Shown piece by piece: positions 25,926 through 35,428 of a DNA stretch of 60,762 bases (positions within the stretch are counted from its first letter, which is position 1; each line of letters opens with the position of its first letter). The notes below the pieces were generated by a model that saw only the letters and a list, made by a program, of their open reading frames with translations, had not been told where the DNA came from and made no database searches. The stretch is from a virus, in IMG/VR virus record IMGVR_UViG_3300025151_000038, positions 1-60,762 of that record, one strand, 5' to 3'. The position numbers and the translations under genes were made by a program.

Positions 25926-28102
25926 AAGGCTACTTTTTCTTTCACGGGCGCTTGAACCATGGGTTCTTTGTCTATATCAAACTTTGAGTCTAAATTAATT
26001 TCCCATATTTTACCACCCCCAAATCCTATAGACTTTATAGGGCGTGCCTTTTTATTATTCTTGCTGGTCTCCTCCAGTGTCAGAAAACCTCTTCTAACGA
26101 ATTCCATATTGCCGGACACTCCAATGTTCCGACCCCCATTGAATTCAAGGATACTCCCCTGAAACTCAGTCAGGGTTCCCCGCCACACGGGGTTAGTAAA
26201 ATACTCCCGCGCTCTCTTAACAAAGAATTCTACCAGTTCAGCTACTGTAGACCTGCTTGAGTTATCATAGGCGGCAGAGGCAATTGTCTTATCGATATAG
26301 CCATATACCCCAAAACGAGAATCTCCCTTCACTTCTTTCGGAACTTCCCAATCCAATAGCCAACGAGCGAAGTGGGGTAACTCATTCTCTATAGTCTGTT
26401 CAAGCTCATCATTAGGGGGAAATTTCGAGGTCGCTGTGTCACTCATACGCAACGCCATTAGCTTATCCCTATTTGATGAATCAAGGCTGGGAATCACGCT
26501 AAGACTATTAGCATCCATGTTTAGCGACATAACCACACGCCCTGTCCACGGGACACTGATTGCATCTACATATTTTGCATGATACTCCATCCTTGGGTTA
26601 GCTACACATTTCTTAATAAGCTCTGTTGCTCTTCTCTGATCCTGAAAAGAAGCTGCCGAAGTTGTGTCATCTACAACCCAGGCAGCAACCCGTGCGAGAT
26701 CCTTATTGAAGTTTGTCTGACCTGATAAGTAGTCAGAAGCATCTGAAAACCCGCCAACCAAAGCAGATATAACTTTGTTAGACAATAATGATTTACCCAC
26801 CCCAGTAGGGCCAACTAAAAGAAGGGCATGCCCCTGCTTACGTTTACGCTCCAGAACAGCCGTGTAGAATCGCTTCAACCAAGCAAAAAAGTAAAGCACG
26901 GTTCCTTGCTCCACACTGTCTGCAAACAGTTGGTGTAGCCACTTATGGAGGAAAGGCCATTTAGATTCATCTCCATCCTCTGCTGGCTCTACAGGATCAA
27001 TATTAGCTGTATTTAGTATTCGGTGACTGTTGTAGGTGACCACTCTGTCAGGACTAAAAACAACAGGAGCTATCTCATCTATCCTATTCTCGTTGGCTAT
27101 TGTAACTAAAGCCGTTTCTAGCTCTGTCAGGTTTTGACCTCTCCTTGGGCGGGGTGAGAACCCTGCCTGACGTAACTCAAGGCAGAGTTGGTCTTTAGGT
27201 ATCTGTTGAGCCGCACCATGTAATAACTTGTAGTGCATTTTCCCGTTGAACCAGTAGTTGTCCAATAGGCTCCCCATTTTCTTTACCTCATAATCTTCGA
27301 CGAATTTTGCCCCGAATAGTTCTCTCCATGTAATAAACCCCTTTCCGGCTCGGATACTATAACAGACCATGCCTTCTTCTGAGACCTGACACCCTACTCG
27401 CTCAACGAAAGGATCTACCCAAAACAAGGGTCCCCGCGCCCCTACAGTGAATTCGCCCTCCCATCGATTTGGAAAGCGTTCCCGCATTTCTTTTTCAACC
27501 ACATCAATTGGTATTGATGACTGAGCCGATTGAGGTGGGTTAGAGTCAGCAGCTTTAAATAAGGCGGTCCTGTAAATCTCTTTAGGTAAGGGAGCACCCA
27601 TTTTAACCCAGTCCTCTCCAATAGCGAAGACCTGACTGGCTCTGTAGGAAGCCTCATCAAAACCCGCAAAGATACGCTCTACCTTTAATTGACTCCCCAG
27701 CCGCCGGATAAATGTATCGTATAACTCAGATGATATTGGAAGTTTTTCCTCAAACTCCCACACTAGGCGTATATACCCTGAGTAAGTCCTAGACCTCCAA
27801 GTTGGTAATAACTCCTTACATTGTGTATGAATTAGCTTGTCAACAGACTCCCAGTCCAGAGGGGCATCATAGTCAATAACAATACCATGAATGGCGTTTA
27901 TGGGGTTGCTTTCGGATATGCGTAGGTTGGGGTTGTCGCCCTCGCACATTGTATAAAATACATATTTTGTGTCCTTTTCACCGCACCACTCTTTGAAATG
28001 TGTCTTGGATTCAAGTGAGGGTTTGTCCTTAACCAGTTTAGATATATCATCAGTCTTGTTCGTTTTAGTTTCTCTGAGGTTTTTAATGTATCTATATTTC
28101 AT
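25922..28102 (-). CDS. primase-helicase fusion (AEP-type primase N-terminus plus SF3/D5-like helicase), 726 aa
   Basis: IVIDYD acidic motif at the N-terminus. Walker A is LLLVGPTGVGKS and Walker B-like is AAWVVDD at the C-terminus. Confidence 0.8.
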   Translation of the reverse strand: MKYRYIKNLRETKTNKTDDISKLVKDKPSLESKTHFKEWCGEKDTKYVFYTMCEGDNPNLRISESNPINAIHGIVIDYDAPLDWESVDKLIHTQCKELLPTWRSRTYSGYIRLVWEFEEKLPISSELYDTFIRRLGSQLKVERIFAGFDEASYRASQVFAIGEDWVKMGAPLPKEIYRTALFKAADSNPPQSAQSSIPIDVVEKEMRERFPNRWEGEFTVGARGPLFWVDPFVERVGCQVSEEGMVCYSIRAGKGFITWRELFGAKFVEDYEVKKMGSLLDNYWFNGKMHYKLLHGAAQQIPKDQLCLELRQAGFSPRPRRGQNLTELETALVTIANENRIDEIAPVVFSPDRVVTYNSHRILNTANIDPVEPAEDGDESKWPFLHKWLHQLFADSVEQGTVLYFFAWLKRFYTAVLERKRKQGHALLLVGPTGVGKSLLSNKVISALVGGFSDASDYLSGQTNFNKDLARVAAWVVDDTTSAASFQDQRRATELIKKCVANPRMEYHAKYVDAISVPWTGRVVMSLNMDANSLSVIPSLDSSNRDKLMALRMSDTATSKFPPNDELEQTIENELPHFARWLLDWEVPKEVKGDSRFGVYGYIDKTIASAAYDNSSRSTVAELVEFFVKRAREYFTNPVWRGTLTEFQGSILEFNGGRNIGVSGNMEFVRRGFLTLEETSKNNKKARPIKSIGFGGGKIWEINLDSKFDIDKEPMVQAPVKEKVAL

Positions 28103-29859
28103 TTTTCGTATCTATCTAGGATTTTGCCTTCAGCCGCCAGAGGGATATCCGGTATCCACTCAGGAGCTTTAGACATGCTTTCAATTACAGTTTCCAATGT
28201 CTTATCCGCTTCTTTCTCATCCGCTTCTATGATGAATTCATCATGCACATGGAAAATAATTTTAACTCCCGCTTCTTCAATACGCAGGAGCATGTCTGCG
28301 AAAATCTCCCTTGCCAGCGCCTGAGATAAATTCTCAGCCAGTAGACCGCCCCATAAGCGCATAGGGATTTTTTTCGACCCTTTATTTACCATAGCTATGT
28401 AGCTACGTCTACCATTCTGTAGTGCGGTAGTTATTTTTCCGTAATTTAACGCTCTTCCCGTAGGAAGTGTCAGCTTGAAATCCTCTTTCCGAGCATATGC
28501 GATGTGCATTTTACGCTGGAGTGTGTTCCACAGCCGGACAACCTTGTTGAGTTTATTCCGATATAGACTCACCGCTGCATGAGCGTCTTCAAGCGACATC
28601 CCCGAAATTATGGAGAATTTATTAGCTGAAGCCCCATAACCACACCCCAAAACCATTTGTTTGACCATGTGCCTTAGTTTAGAGTCCTCATCTTTCAAAG
28701 CCCCCTTCTCTGGAGTCCACTTACCAAAGCGGACGGCAAATGCTTCATAGATATCATCACTCTTTTTAATCTCATCCAGTGTCTCATCATCCTGAGCTAA
28801 CCAACACAGGGTGCGGACTTCGATCTGCGACAGGTCTGCAACAATGAGCTTCCGTTCTTTACCTGGAGAAATTAGATGACGTAGATTTACGCCAAACATG
28901 TCACCGCGTGGGAGGTTTTGAAGATTCAAATTGCCTCCTGACCCTGACCAACGACCCGTGTGTGCGCCAAAATACATTAAACCCCCATAAAACCGACCAT
29001 CAGATAGTGTCGCGTAATCAAAAGAATCTAGTTTCCTCTTAATGGCATTAATTCTTCTAAAATCCCTGACTGATTCTATCCATGGGTAATCCTTACTATG
29101 TAAGTTTACCCAGTCATTTGCCTCTTCACTAGATAGTGCAAGGCTTGCAGGAGGCTCTATATCAATCTTACGGCACTCAGCATTGAACGCTTTGCGTGAG
29201 AGTGGGGGAAAGTCTTCGATCCAGGGTATTTGATTTTCAGCATCAAACCGGCTCTGGGATATTATTTCTCTCTGCTTCTTCAGAAGAGATACATCAATAG
29301 GGATGCCTCTCTGTAGTCCTTTACGTCCAATACTGCTTATCTGCTGCTCTCTTTCTGGCCACTTATCATTTAGCTCCTGCCATAGCTTTAAACACAATTC
29401 TGAGTCTTTTAAAGCATACTCGCTAACTTCTTCTCTGAAGTCCTCCGGCATGTCTTCCCACCGTTTTCCCTTCATGCTGTCGCGGGTTTCTTTGGATACT
29501 TCCAAATCAAATATTTCTCCAGTAGCTCCCTTTAGGGAACGTGGAAGACCGCAGTAGACTGCCAAGTCGGCAGTGCAGTGCCACTGCGCATACTCAACAT
29601 TAGGCCACCACCCCTTTTTTACGCCGAACAGGTATAGTGTCTGGTCAAAGGAAGCATTATGGGATAACACTTGTTGCCCCTCTAATTTAGACCAATCAAA
29701 ATCTTTGGGATGCCCTACAAAACTGGTTCCTTCATCTCCTACGACAGATACCATGTAAGCATCGAAGTCGGGGTGGGCAAAGTAGCCTAATGGTCCCAAA
29801 GTTTTAATTGAACATGACTTATCATAGTAAGTCTCGAAATCCAAGGCATAGGTATACAT
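28099..29859 (-). CDS. family A DNA polymerase with a 3'-5' exonuclease domain, 586 aa
   Basis: ExoI is LDFETY, motif A is VADLSQIEVR, motif B is RHMVKQMVLGCGYG and motif C is HVHDEF. Confidence 0.9.
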   Translation of the reverse strand: MYTYALDFETYYDKSCSIKTLGPLGYFAHPDFDAYMVSVVGDEGTSFVGHPKDFDWSKLEGQQVLSHNASFDQTLYLFGVKKGWWPNVEYAQWHCTADLAVYCGLPRSLKGATGEIFDLEVSKETRDSMKGKRWEDMPEDFREEVSEYALKDSELCLKLWQELNDKWPEREQQISSIGRKGLQRGIPIDVSLLKKQREIISQSRFDAENQIPWIEDFPPLSRKAFNAECRKIDIEPPASLALSSEEANDWVNLHSKDYPWIESVRDFRRINAIKRKLDSFDYATLSDGRFYGGLMYFGAHTGRWSGSGGNLNLQNLPRGDMFGVNLRHLISPGKERKLIVADLSQIEVRTLCWLAQDDETLDEIKKSDDIYEAFAVRFGKWTPEKGALKDEDSKLRHMVKQMVLGCGYGASANKFSIISGMSLEDAHAAVSLYRNKLNKVVRLWNTLQRKMHIAYARKEDFKLTLPTGRALNYGKITTALQNGRRSYIAMVNKGSKKIPMRLWGGLLAENLSQALAREIFADMLLRIEEAGVKIIFHVHDEFIIEADEKEADKTLETVIESMSKAPEWIPDIPLAAEGKILDRYEK

Positions 29860-29978
29860 ATTGATAAAGAGAGGGGGTTGCTCTGGTGACTAAGAGGAAG
29901 AAAGCATAAGACCTCAAAGCCACCAGAGCGGTGGGCTAACTAAGGATAAAACGGAAAACTCCTTAGCTAAACACGTTC

Positions 29979-30212
29979 CTATGTAGCGGTATTAAGTTCC
30001 GACTCTATTTGCTTTCCGTCAACTGTTTCCAGTCGTTGTAGCTCACTACTCAATGTGTCAATTAAGACAGCAAAGTCGTCGTGTTGAGTTTGTAGAACTT
30101 GAATCTTATCAGAATAATCCTTCTGAAGATTTTTCAGTTCTTCAATGTGGGACTCTAATACCTCTTCTCTTTTTTTGTTTGCAGCCATAAATCTAAGAAG
30201 TGAAATTCTCAA
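29979..30212 (-). CDS. small coiled-coil protein, 77 aa
   Basis: ORF with a heptad-like E/L/Q-rich sequence. Confidence 0.55.
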   Translation of the reverse strand: MRISLLRFMAANKKREEVLESHIEELKNLQKDYSDKIQVLQTQHDDFAVLIDTLSSELQRLETVDGKQIESELNTAT

Positions 30213-30846
30213 TGAAGTCTACGACAGCTTCAGGGGCTTCCCCTTTAGCTATTGTAAGGCTGGCGTTGTACCACTCAGTCTTACCCCGACTAGCAAACTC
30301 GGTCTTAAAAGTCCAAGTCTTCTTTGTCAGCGGTTCCTTCGGGTTAAACTTAGCGAAGGTGCAGAGTCTCTTGTAAGTGTTCCTATAAGAAACATTCTGC
30401 ACATCCAGTTTACCCATGGCGTACATTTTATCACCAATAGGGAATTGGAAGGCATCCTCGTCTCCCCCATCGTGCTGTGGAATAAGCATGGTAATGTCCG
30501 CAAACTCACGAACTTCATACTCTGAGTCACTTGCCAAAGCGGCTCGTTCTTCCTCTGTTCTAGCAATTCGCCCTCTAATGTCCATCTCATAGGGAATTTT
30601 TTCCCTCCAGGCTTTTACCGCACTAATGACAATCACTTCTGCGGTGTCCGCTTCTTTGACCACAACATGTGACTTATCAATTACTAAATCCCCGAACTCA
30701 CCGGAATCATACTCAGATGATTTTTGCCGGATGTTAAAACGGGGAATATCGATGTCACTTGCAGCAATCTCCCATTTTGGGCTTTCTGCTAATTCCTGCT
30801 TATCTACTTCTATTACTTCTTCTTTTTTTTCTGTTGTCTTTGGCAT
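30193..30846 (-). CDS. ssDNA-binding protein candidate (DUF2815-like by synteny), 217 aa
   Basis: It lies between the DUF2800-like exonuclease and PolA, the usual place of DUF2815 SSBs in this replication-module type. Support from the sequence alone is weak. Confidence 0.45.
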   Translation of the reverse strand: MPKTTEKKEEVIEVDKQELAESPKWEIAASDIDIPRFNIRQKSSEYDSGEFGDLVIDKSHVVVKEADTAEVIVISAVKAWREKIPYEMDIRGRIARTEEERAALASDSEYEVREFADITMLIPQHDGGDEDAFQFPIGDKMYAMGKLDVQNVSYRNTYKRLCTFAKFNPKEPLTKKTWTFKTEFASRGKTEWYNASLTIAKGEAPEAVVDFIENFTS

Positions 30847-30867
30847 TACTGTTATGCTGTTTATGGT

Positions 30868-31983
30868 TTAGGACAGCGTGTATCGCGTGTCCGATTGGTT
30901 TATTATGTCTGCTGCTTCTACAGCATCCATAAAATCTCTGGCTTTCTGACCCTTCTCCCCTTCGGGGGCTGATCTACCTACAGCCTCTGCAACTTTTTTC
31001 AAGGGAAAATTAGCTAAATCGACAATATCTTCTTGGCTCATATCAAAATCGTTGACGATTTCCATCAGCTTGGCGTTGTCTGTGCATTTTCGAGTTGACC
31101 CTATGGAGCGTAATCTCAATGAAGGGAACTCTTTACCATCCCGCGCAACAGCAATCGCTTTCGCTCTAATTCGCGTGGCCCAGTTGGTGACAATTTTGGC
31201 AATAGGCCAAAGATGTTCTAATACTTCAGGGTCTTCAGGGTTCGTGATGTCTACATCAGGAAGAGTATTCTCTGCGACTCTGTTAGCTATCTCAATCGCT
31301 ATTGCTCCTAGCGCCGGACAGCGTTCTTCGTGTGCGCAGAAACGGCAGTTCACATTAGGAGTTAGTTCCCTAAGTTCAGGGGTTCCATCATCCCATTTTG
31401 GCCGGATGAGTTCACCAGACTTAATAACATATGATAGTTCTTTGATTAGTTGAGGTAACTCAGACCTCTCAAACTGACCGTGCAATACTTCGTCCCGAAC
31501 AGGGATGTAGAAAACAAATGTAATTGTTTGTATTTCGGGAAACTTTTGAAAAGCTCCTACTGTGTAAGCCTTGGCTTGCCAGTTCTCTGTTGGGGGATCA
31601 ATGACGCTTATCCCCGTCTTATAGTCTCCCATGACGGCCTTATCTCCGTAGATAGTTAGGCGGTCACAAGTCCCCCAGGTGCTTGTGCGGTCTAGCTCGA
31701 CATCAACAAGCACTTCATTGTATTCAGTGCGTTCTGCATCACCGATGACAGTTTGCAGAAACTCATCCTCATCCTTGACGATCTGCTCATATATCTCGAC
31801 TTCCTCCTCGTCGTGAAGTGCGGAAGGGTCACGCACTTCCAGAGCTTCATGGATGCGTGTGCCTTTCTCAGCAGCAGCACTTGTCCCCGACCGGCCCGTG
31901 TAGCCAGAACAGGCTGCGACATACTTCAACGATGACGGACTAAATTCCGCGTGGTCTCTACTTGTGTGGTCTGGTTTATCCAT
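30868..31983 (-). CDS. PD-(D/E)XK exonuclease, Cas4/DUF2800-like, with a 4-Cys cluster, 371 aa
   Basis: N-terminal HAEFSPSSLKYVAACSGY, the MGDYKTG (DxK) motif and a C-terminal CRFCAHEERC (C-x2-C-x5-C). Confidence 0.75.
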   Translation of the reverse strand: MDKPDHTSRDHAEFSPSSLKYVAACSGYTGRSGTSAAAEKGTRIHEALEVRDPSALHDEEEVEIYEQIVKDEDEFLQTVIGDAERTEYNEVLVDVELDRTSTWGTCDRLTIYGDKAVMGDYKTGISVIDPPTENWQAKAYTVGAFQKFPEIQTITFVFYIPVRDEVLHGQFERSELPQLIKELSYVIKSGELIRPKWDDGTPELRELTPNVNCRFCAHEERCPALGAIAIEIANRVAENTLPDVDITNPEDPEVLEHLWPIAKIVTNWATRIRAKAIAVARDGKEFPSLRLRSIGSTRKCTDNAKLMEIVNDFDMSQEDIVDLANFPLKKVAEAVGRSAPEGEKGQKARDFMDAVEAADIINQSDTRYTLS

Positions 31984-32536
31984 GGTTTGTAAACTCTCCG
32001 TGTAACTTTTCTCTAAGTTGGGTCAACTGACCCACACATGCCTCTTTCCCCTCTTCCGTAAATGGAAATTTATTGGTGCAGTATCGATGTCTGTTATGAT
32101 CTACAACACCCAACCATCTCAAATGGGTTGTGTTATTTTTACGGCGATACTTAAAGACCCGAAGACCTTTTACTCCAGTAACGCCCTGTTTAAAATCCCT
32201 GTTATGTTGGTTTTGTCCATTAGTGGCAACCCTTAAATTTTCGATCTTATCATTCAAAGTATTCCCGTCGATGTGGTCAATTAACCCTCCTGGTTCCCCA
32301 TTGAACAACGCCCACACGACTCTGCTCCGGTAGTAACTTTTTCCTTTATACTTCAAACGCCAGCGGGTTCTATTTGTGCGTGAGGCAGAATACAAACCAC
32401 CTGCGATGTTACCGGCTTTTCTTTTACGTCCGCTCTCTTTCCAATAAATAATACCATCGCGGTATTCAACAATATCCAGTAATCCTTGCGGGATTGGCTT
32501 CGCCCAAAAGGCTTCAGTTTTTTTATTTTTATCCAT
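31976..32536 (-). CDS. free-standing HNH homing endonuclease with an AP2-like DNA-binding C-terminus, 186 aa
   Basis: IDHIDGNTLNDKIENLRVATNGQNQHN is an HNH_3-type motif. The ORF overlaps both neighbours by 8 nt. Confidence 0.75.
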   Translation of the reverse strand: MDKNKKTEAFWAKPIPQGLLDIVEYRDGIIYWKESGRKRKAGNIAGGLYSASRTNRTRWRLKYKGKSYYRSRVVWALFNGEPGGLIDHIDGNTLNDKIENLRVATNGQNQHNRDFKQGVTGVKGLRVFKYRRKNNTTHLRWLGVVDHNRHRYCTNKFPFTEEGKEACVGQLTQLREKLHGEFTNHG

Positions 32537-33821
32537 GTAATGCAGTCAGGTTCCTTAGTTTCTTTTCAATTGAGTCCATCACCGCTTCCTCAATGGAATC
32601 GGCAGCTACCAAAATCTTCTGTATCGCGTCTGACTTCGCTCCATTGCGGTGAATCCTACCTAACGTCTGGAGGTGGTTCTTAGCAGAGAAAGATGGACTA
32701 ATTAGGCTTATGCGTTGCCGGTTACCGTGCGTGTCGTGCAGTGAAAGCCCGACTCCACCAGCAGCAATATTGACAGCAATAACATGTATTTTGTCTGCCT
32801 GAAAATCATCAACAACTTGTTGCCTTTCTTTGGAAGACTGCCCTCCGTCTATTCGCGCACACTTCAGCCGTTCACAGAGGGCATCTACAGTCTCCTTAAA
32901 GTTCACAAAGATAACAACGGAATTGCCCTGAGCCTCAAGGTCTTCAGCCATCTCAGCAATATCGGGGGTCTTAAAACTTTCAGCCAGTTGCCTTGCCCTT
33001 AGCAAGTTTACAAGGATATGCTCACTTTCTGTGACTGTCCCATTCTCAATGAAATCCTGTATGATCGTTGGGGTTAGCCCCAAGTCATCATAAGCGTCGA
33101 TGATCTTTTTAGAGCCAGCAAAACGGACAGGTTCCACGAACACCCTGTTAGCTCTAAAAGAATCTGGGAAATCCTCAACGGTTAGCTTGTGACCACATAT
33201 ACCATAGATGGATTCCTTTACCTCCGTTAACTTCTTCCGGCTTAATAACCGCCACTGATTCCATTGATCCTGCGCACAACCATTAGCGGACATCCACGAA
33301 TACCAACTCTTTTTACCATCCCCTCTTTTGTTGAGGTTATGTAGGTCGAGCATGTAGCCTATGGAGCGCATTTCGGTAGGATCCTCACAAGCAGTCGCAC
33401 TCATCCCATGGATCAGATACCCTTGTTTTTTCAGGGAAATCACCAATTGGGCATTCTGTGTGTAAGGCCCCTTTGACTTATGAATCTCATCAACGAACAC
33501 AACGGTTTCTTTTGGGAGATGCCAATTCATTATCATCTTCCCCCGCTTCGACATATGAGGTGTTTTACCAGTCCTTAATTTTTCGTAGTTCAGGACAAAC
33601 TCTGGCTCCACGCCAAACTCTTGAAGTTCCCTTTCCCAGGAGGGGATAACACTTTTAGGACAAATAACAGCAATGGGTCTTTTTAGCTCCCGCGCTATAT
33701 AACCAGCTACAACGGTCTTGCCGGTCCCCACGCTGGAAGTGTCTATTGTGCTGTTATTGGCACGGAGTTTCTCCAGAAAGAAGTCGGCGGCTTCCCCCTG
33801 CTTGGGATACAATGCTTTCAT
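32529..33821 (-). CDS. SNF2/DEAD-like superfamily 2 helicase, 430 aa
   Basis: Motif I is VGTGKT, motif II is VFVDEIHK, motif III is MSATA and motif VI is QTLGRIHRNGA. Confidence 0.85.
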   Translation of the reverse strand: MKALYPKQGEAADFFLEKLRANNSTIDTSSVGTGKTVVAGYIARELKRPIAVICPKSVIPSWERELQEFGVEPEFVLNYEKLRTGKTPHMSKRGKMIMNWHLPKETVVFVDEIHKSKGPYTQNAQLVISLKKQGYLIHGMSATACEDPTEMRSIGYMLDLHNLNKRGDGKKSWYSWMSANGCAQDQWNQWRLLSRKKLTEVKESIYGICGHKLTVEDFPDSFRANRVFVEPVRFAGSKKIIDAYDDLGLTPTIIQDFIENGTVTESEHILVNLLRARQLAESFKTPDIAEMAEDLEAQGNSVVIFVNFKETVDALCERLKCARIDGGQSSKERQQVVDDFQADKIHVIAVNIAAGGVGLSLHDTHGNRQRISLISPSFSAKNHLQTLGRIHRNGAKSDAIQKILVAADSIEEAVMDSIEKKLRNLTALHG

Positions 33822-33864
33822 AAACGGGTGGGACTATACACCCTCGTCAAGTTCTTGTCTAATT

Positions 33865-34341
33865 TTATTCCCCTCTTATGTAGCGAGCAATTAAAAAAGC
33901 ATCAATCAGGCCATCATGGGGTTTACTAGCTCTCTTACTTTTTAGCCAGCATTCATCGGGAGCCAGATCATTGGCCACTGCCAAAGCAACCTCTTTCGTC
34001 TTCCCTTTCGGAGTCGGTCCCAACATGATCTTTTGCCACTTATGGACGCTGACACAGTTGACTTTCCACTGCCTGCTTTCAGCCAAGCCTAGTAGTTTAC
34101 CAAAGGATAGTGCCATAGATCGAACAGCCTGCGAAGATTTGGCATGGTGTAGGGGTTCTTCTATTGCCAACTCAAAATCGGATTCCAAGTCCATAACCCA
34201 TTCGTAGACTTTCCGCGCATCCACCTCACGTTTCTTGAGCCGGTGAAGAGTAGGCATCACGGTCTTGTCAATAACTGCACCCGTGCATTTTGATATGGCT
34301 ACCAAACCCCCAGATAAACCATTATCAATTCCAATAATCAC
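33865..34341 (-). CDS. RuvC-like Holliday junction resolvase, 158 aa
   Basis: N-terminal IIGIDNGLSGG, a central IEEPL and a C-terminal HDGLIDAFLIA. This is the acidic tetrad layout of phage RuvC-type resolvases. Confidence 0.65.
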   Translation of the reverse strand: MIIGIDNGLSGGLVAISKCTGAVIDKTVMPTLHRLKKREVDARKVYEWVMDLESDFELAIEEPLHHAKSSQAVRSMALSFGKLLGLAESRQWKVNCVSVHKWQKIMLGPTPKGKTKEVALAVANDLAPDECWLKSKRASKPHDGLIDAFLIARYIRGE

Positions 34342-34589
34342 AGGGAGTCTATGTCCTTACATCTTACCAGAAGTCCTTCACCATCAGTAGGTAAAAATAC
34401 AGATATGTTTTTACCCAACATCTGTAGATATGTGACTTCCCTTGCCGTGCTTGGCTTAACCAGATAAAAATCTCCTAGCTGTATATGCACTAGAAATTTA
34501 AAATCCGAAGGAGGGACTTCCTCGCGGATCAAAACTTTGGGATTGTTAACAATAATCCGGTCAGGAAACATCTGTGCCTGTTTCATCAT
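34338..34589 (-). CDS. hypothetical protein, 83 aa
   Basis: ORF with overlapping start and stop. Confidence 0.55.
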   Translation of the reverse strand: MMKQAQMFPDRIIVNNPKVLIREEVPPSDFKFLVHIQLGDFYLVKPSTAREVTYLQMLGKNISVFLPTDGEGLLVRCKDIDSL

Positions 34590-34833
34590 CTAGAAATACA
34601 GGGGTAGCGTCTTCAAAATTAGTTTGAAGGTATTCATACTCGTATTTTTCACACGCTTGCTTTTTCGTTAAATTGTAGTTTTCCTGAAGGATTTTAATAG
34701 TTATCTGTTTAGAATAACAAGCTACAGGAGGACGCCCATAAGTCTCAACAGTCCCTATAAAGGCGTCTTCTAACCCTGAGTAAAGCAACAAGGTATTCTC
34801 AGGCTCCTCATAAGCCTCTGGTGTGGTAGCCAT
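34561..34833 (-). CDS. hypothetical protein, 90 aa
   Basis: ORF in the operon. Confidence 0.55.
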   Translation of the reverse strand: MATTPEAYEEPENTLLLYSGLEDAFIGTVETYGRPPVACYSKQITIKILQENYNLTKKQACEKYEYEYLQTNFEDATPVFLDDETGTDVS

Positions 34834-34839
34834 TTTTTT

Positions 34840-35385
34840 TTAGTTTTCGTCTACTGACTCAGACTCAACATCAATAACCTTGTTGACTTTTTTGTCCCCC
34901 ACTTTCTTTGTGTTATTGAGTATTGAAATATCAATCTGCATACTTCCTGAGCCATCACCATTCCTGGCATTGAGTCCCAGGTTACGGCGAATTAATTGAT
35001 CTAGTTCTGATAATTCTTTGACTGTGCGAGGACCTCTTATGTTTTTAATGCTATCTCTAAGAAGTTTAATACTAGAGGATGCTACATAGTTCTGATATTG
35101 ATCAGCGGGGGAAGCCTGAGCATCAGCGATTTCTTCAATGGTCTTATCTTCTTTTATGCGTTCATCATGATGAGCAATACTTTCATCCAGACGTATTTCA
35201 ATGTCTGTAGGCTCATTAGGTTCATGTGGAGATTTTTTCGCCTTAACTCCCTCATCTCGAAACCATCTACGCAAAGTAGATTGGTGAATATTCAATTCCC
35301 GTGAGATACTAACGAGCTTATAGTCCTGATTGTAGAGTTCTATTGCTCGCTTTAACAGTTCTGCTTTTTTAGTAATTTTAGCCAA
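34840..35385 (-). CDS. HTH DNA-binding protein, possibly the small terminase subunit or a regulator, 181 aa
   Basis: N-terminal helix-turn-helix ISRELNIHQSTLRRWFRDEG. It is divergent from terL and adjacent to it. Confidence 0.45.
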   Translation of the reverse strand: MAKITKKAELLKRAIELYNQDYKLVSISRELNIHQSTLRRWFRDEGVKAKKSPHEPNEPTDIEIRLDESIAHHDERIKEDKTIEEIADAQASPADQYQNYVASSSIKLLRDSIKNIRGPRTVKELSELDQLIRRNLGLNARNGDGSGSMQIDISILNNTKKVGDKKVNKVIDVESESVDEN

Positions 35386-35428
35386 AGCACTTAATATATA
35401 CTATTCTTTTGCTACCATTTCAAGTTCT

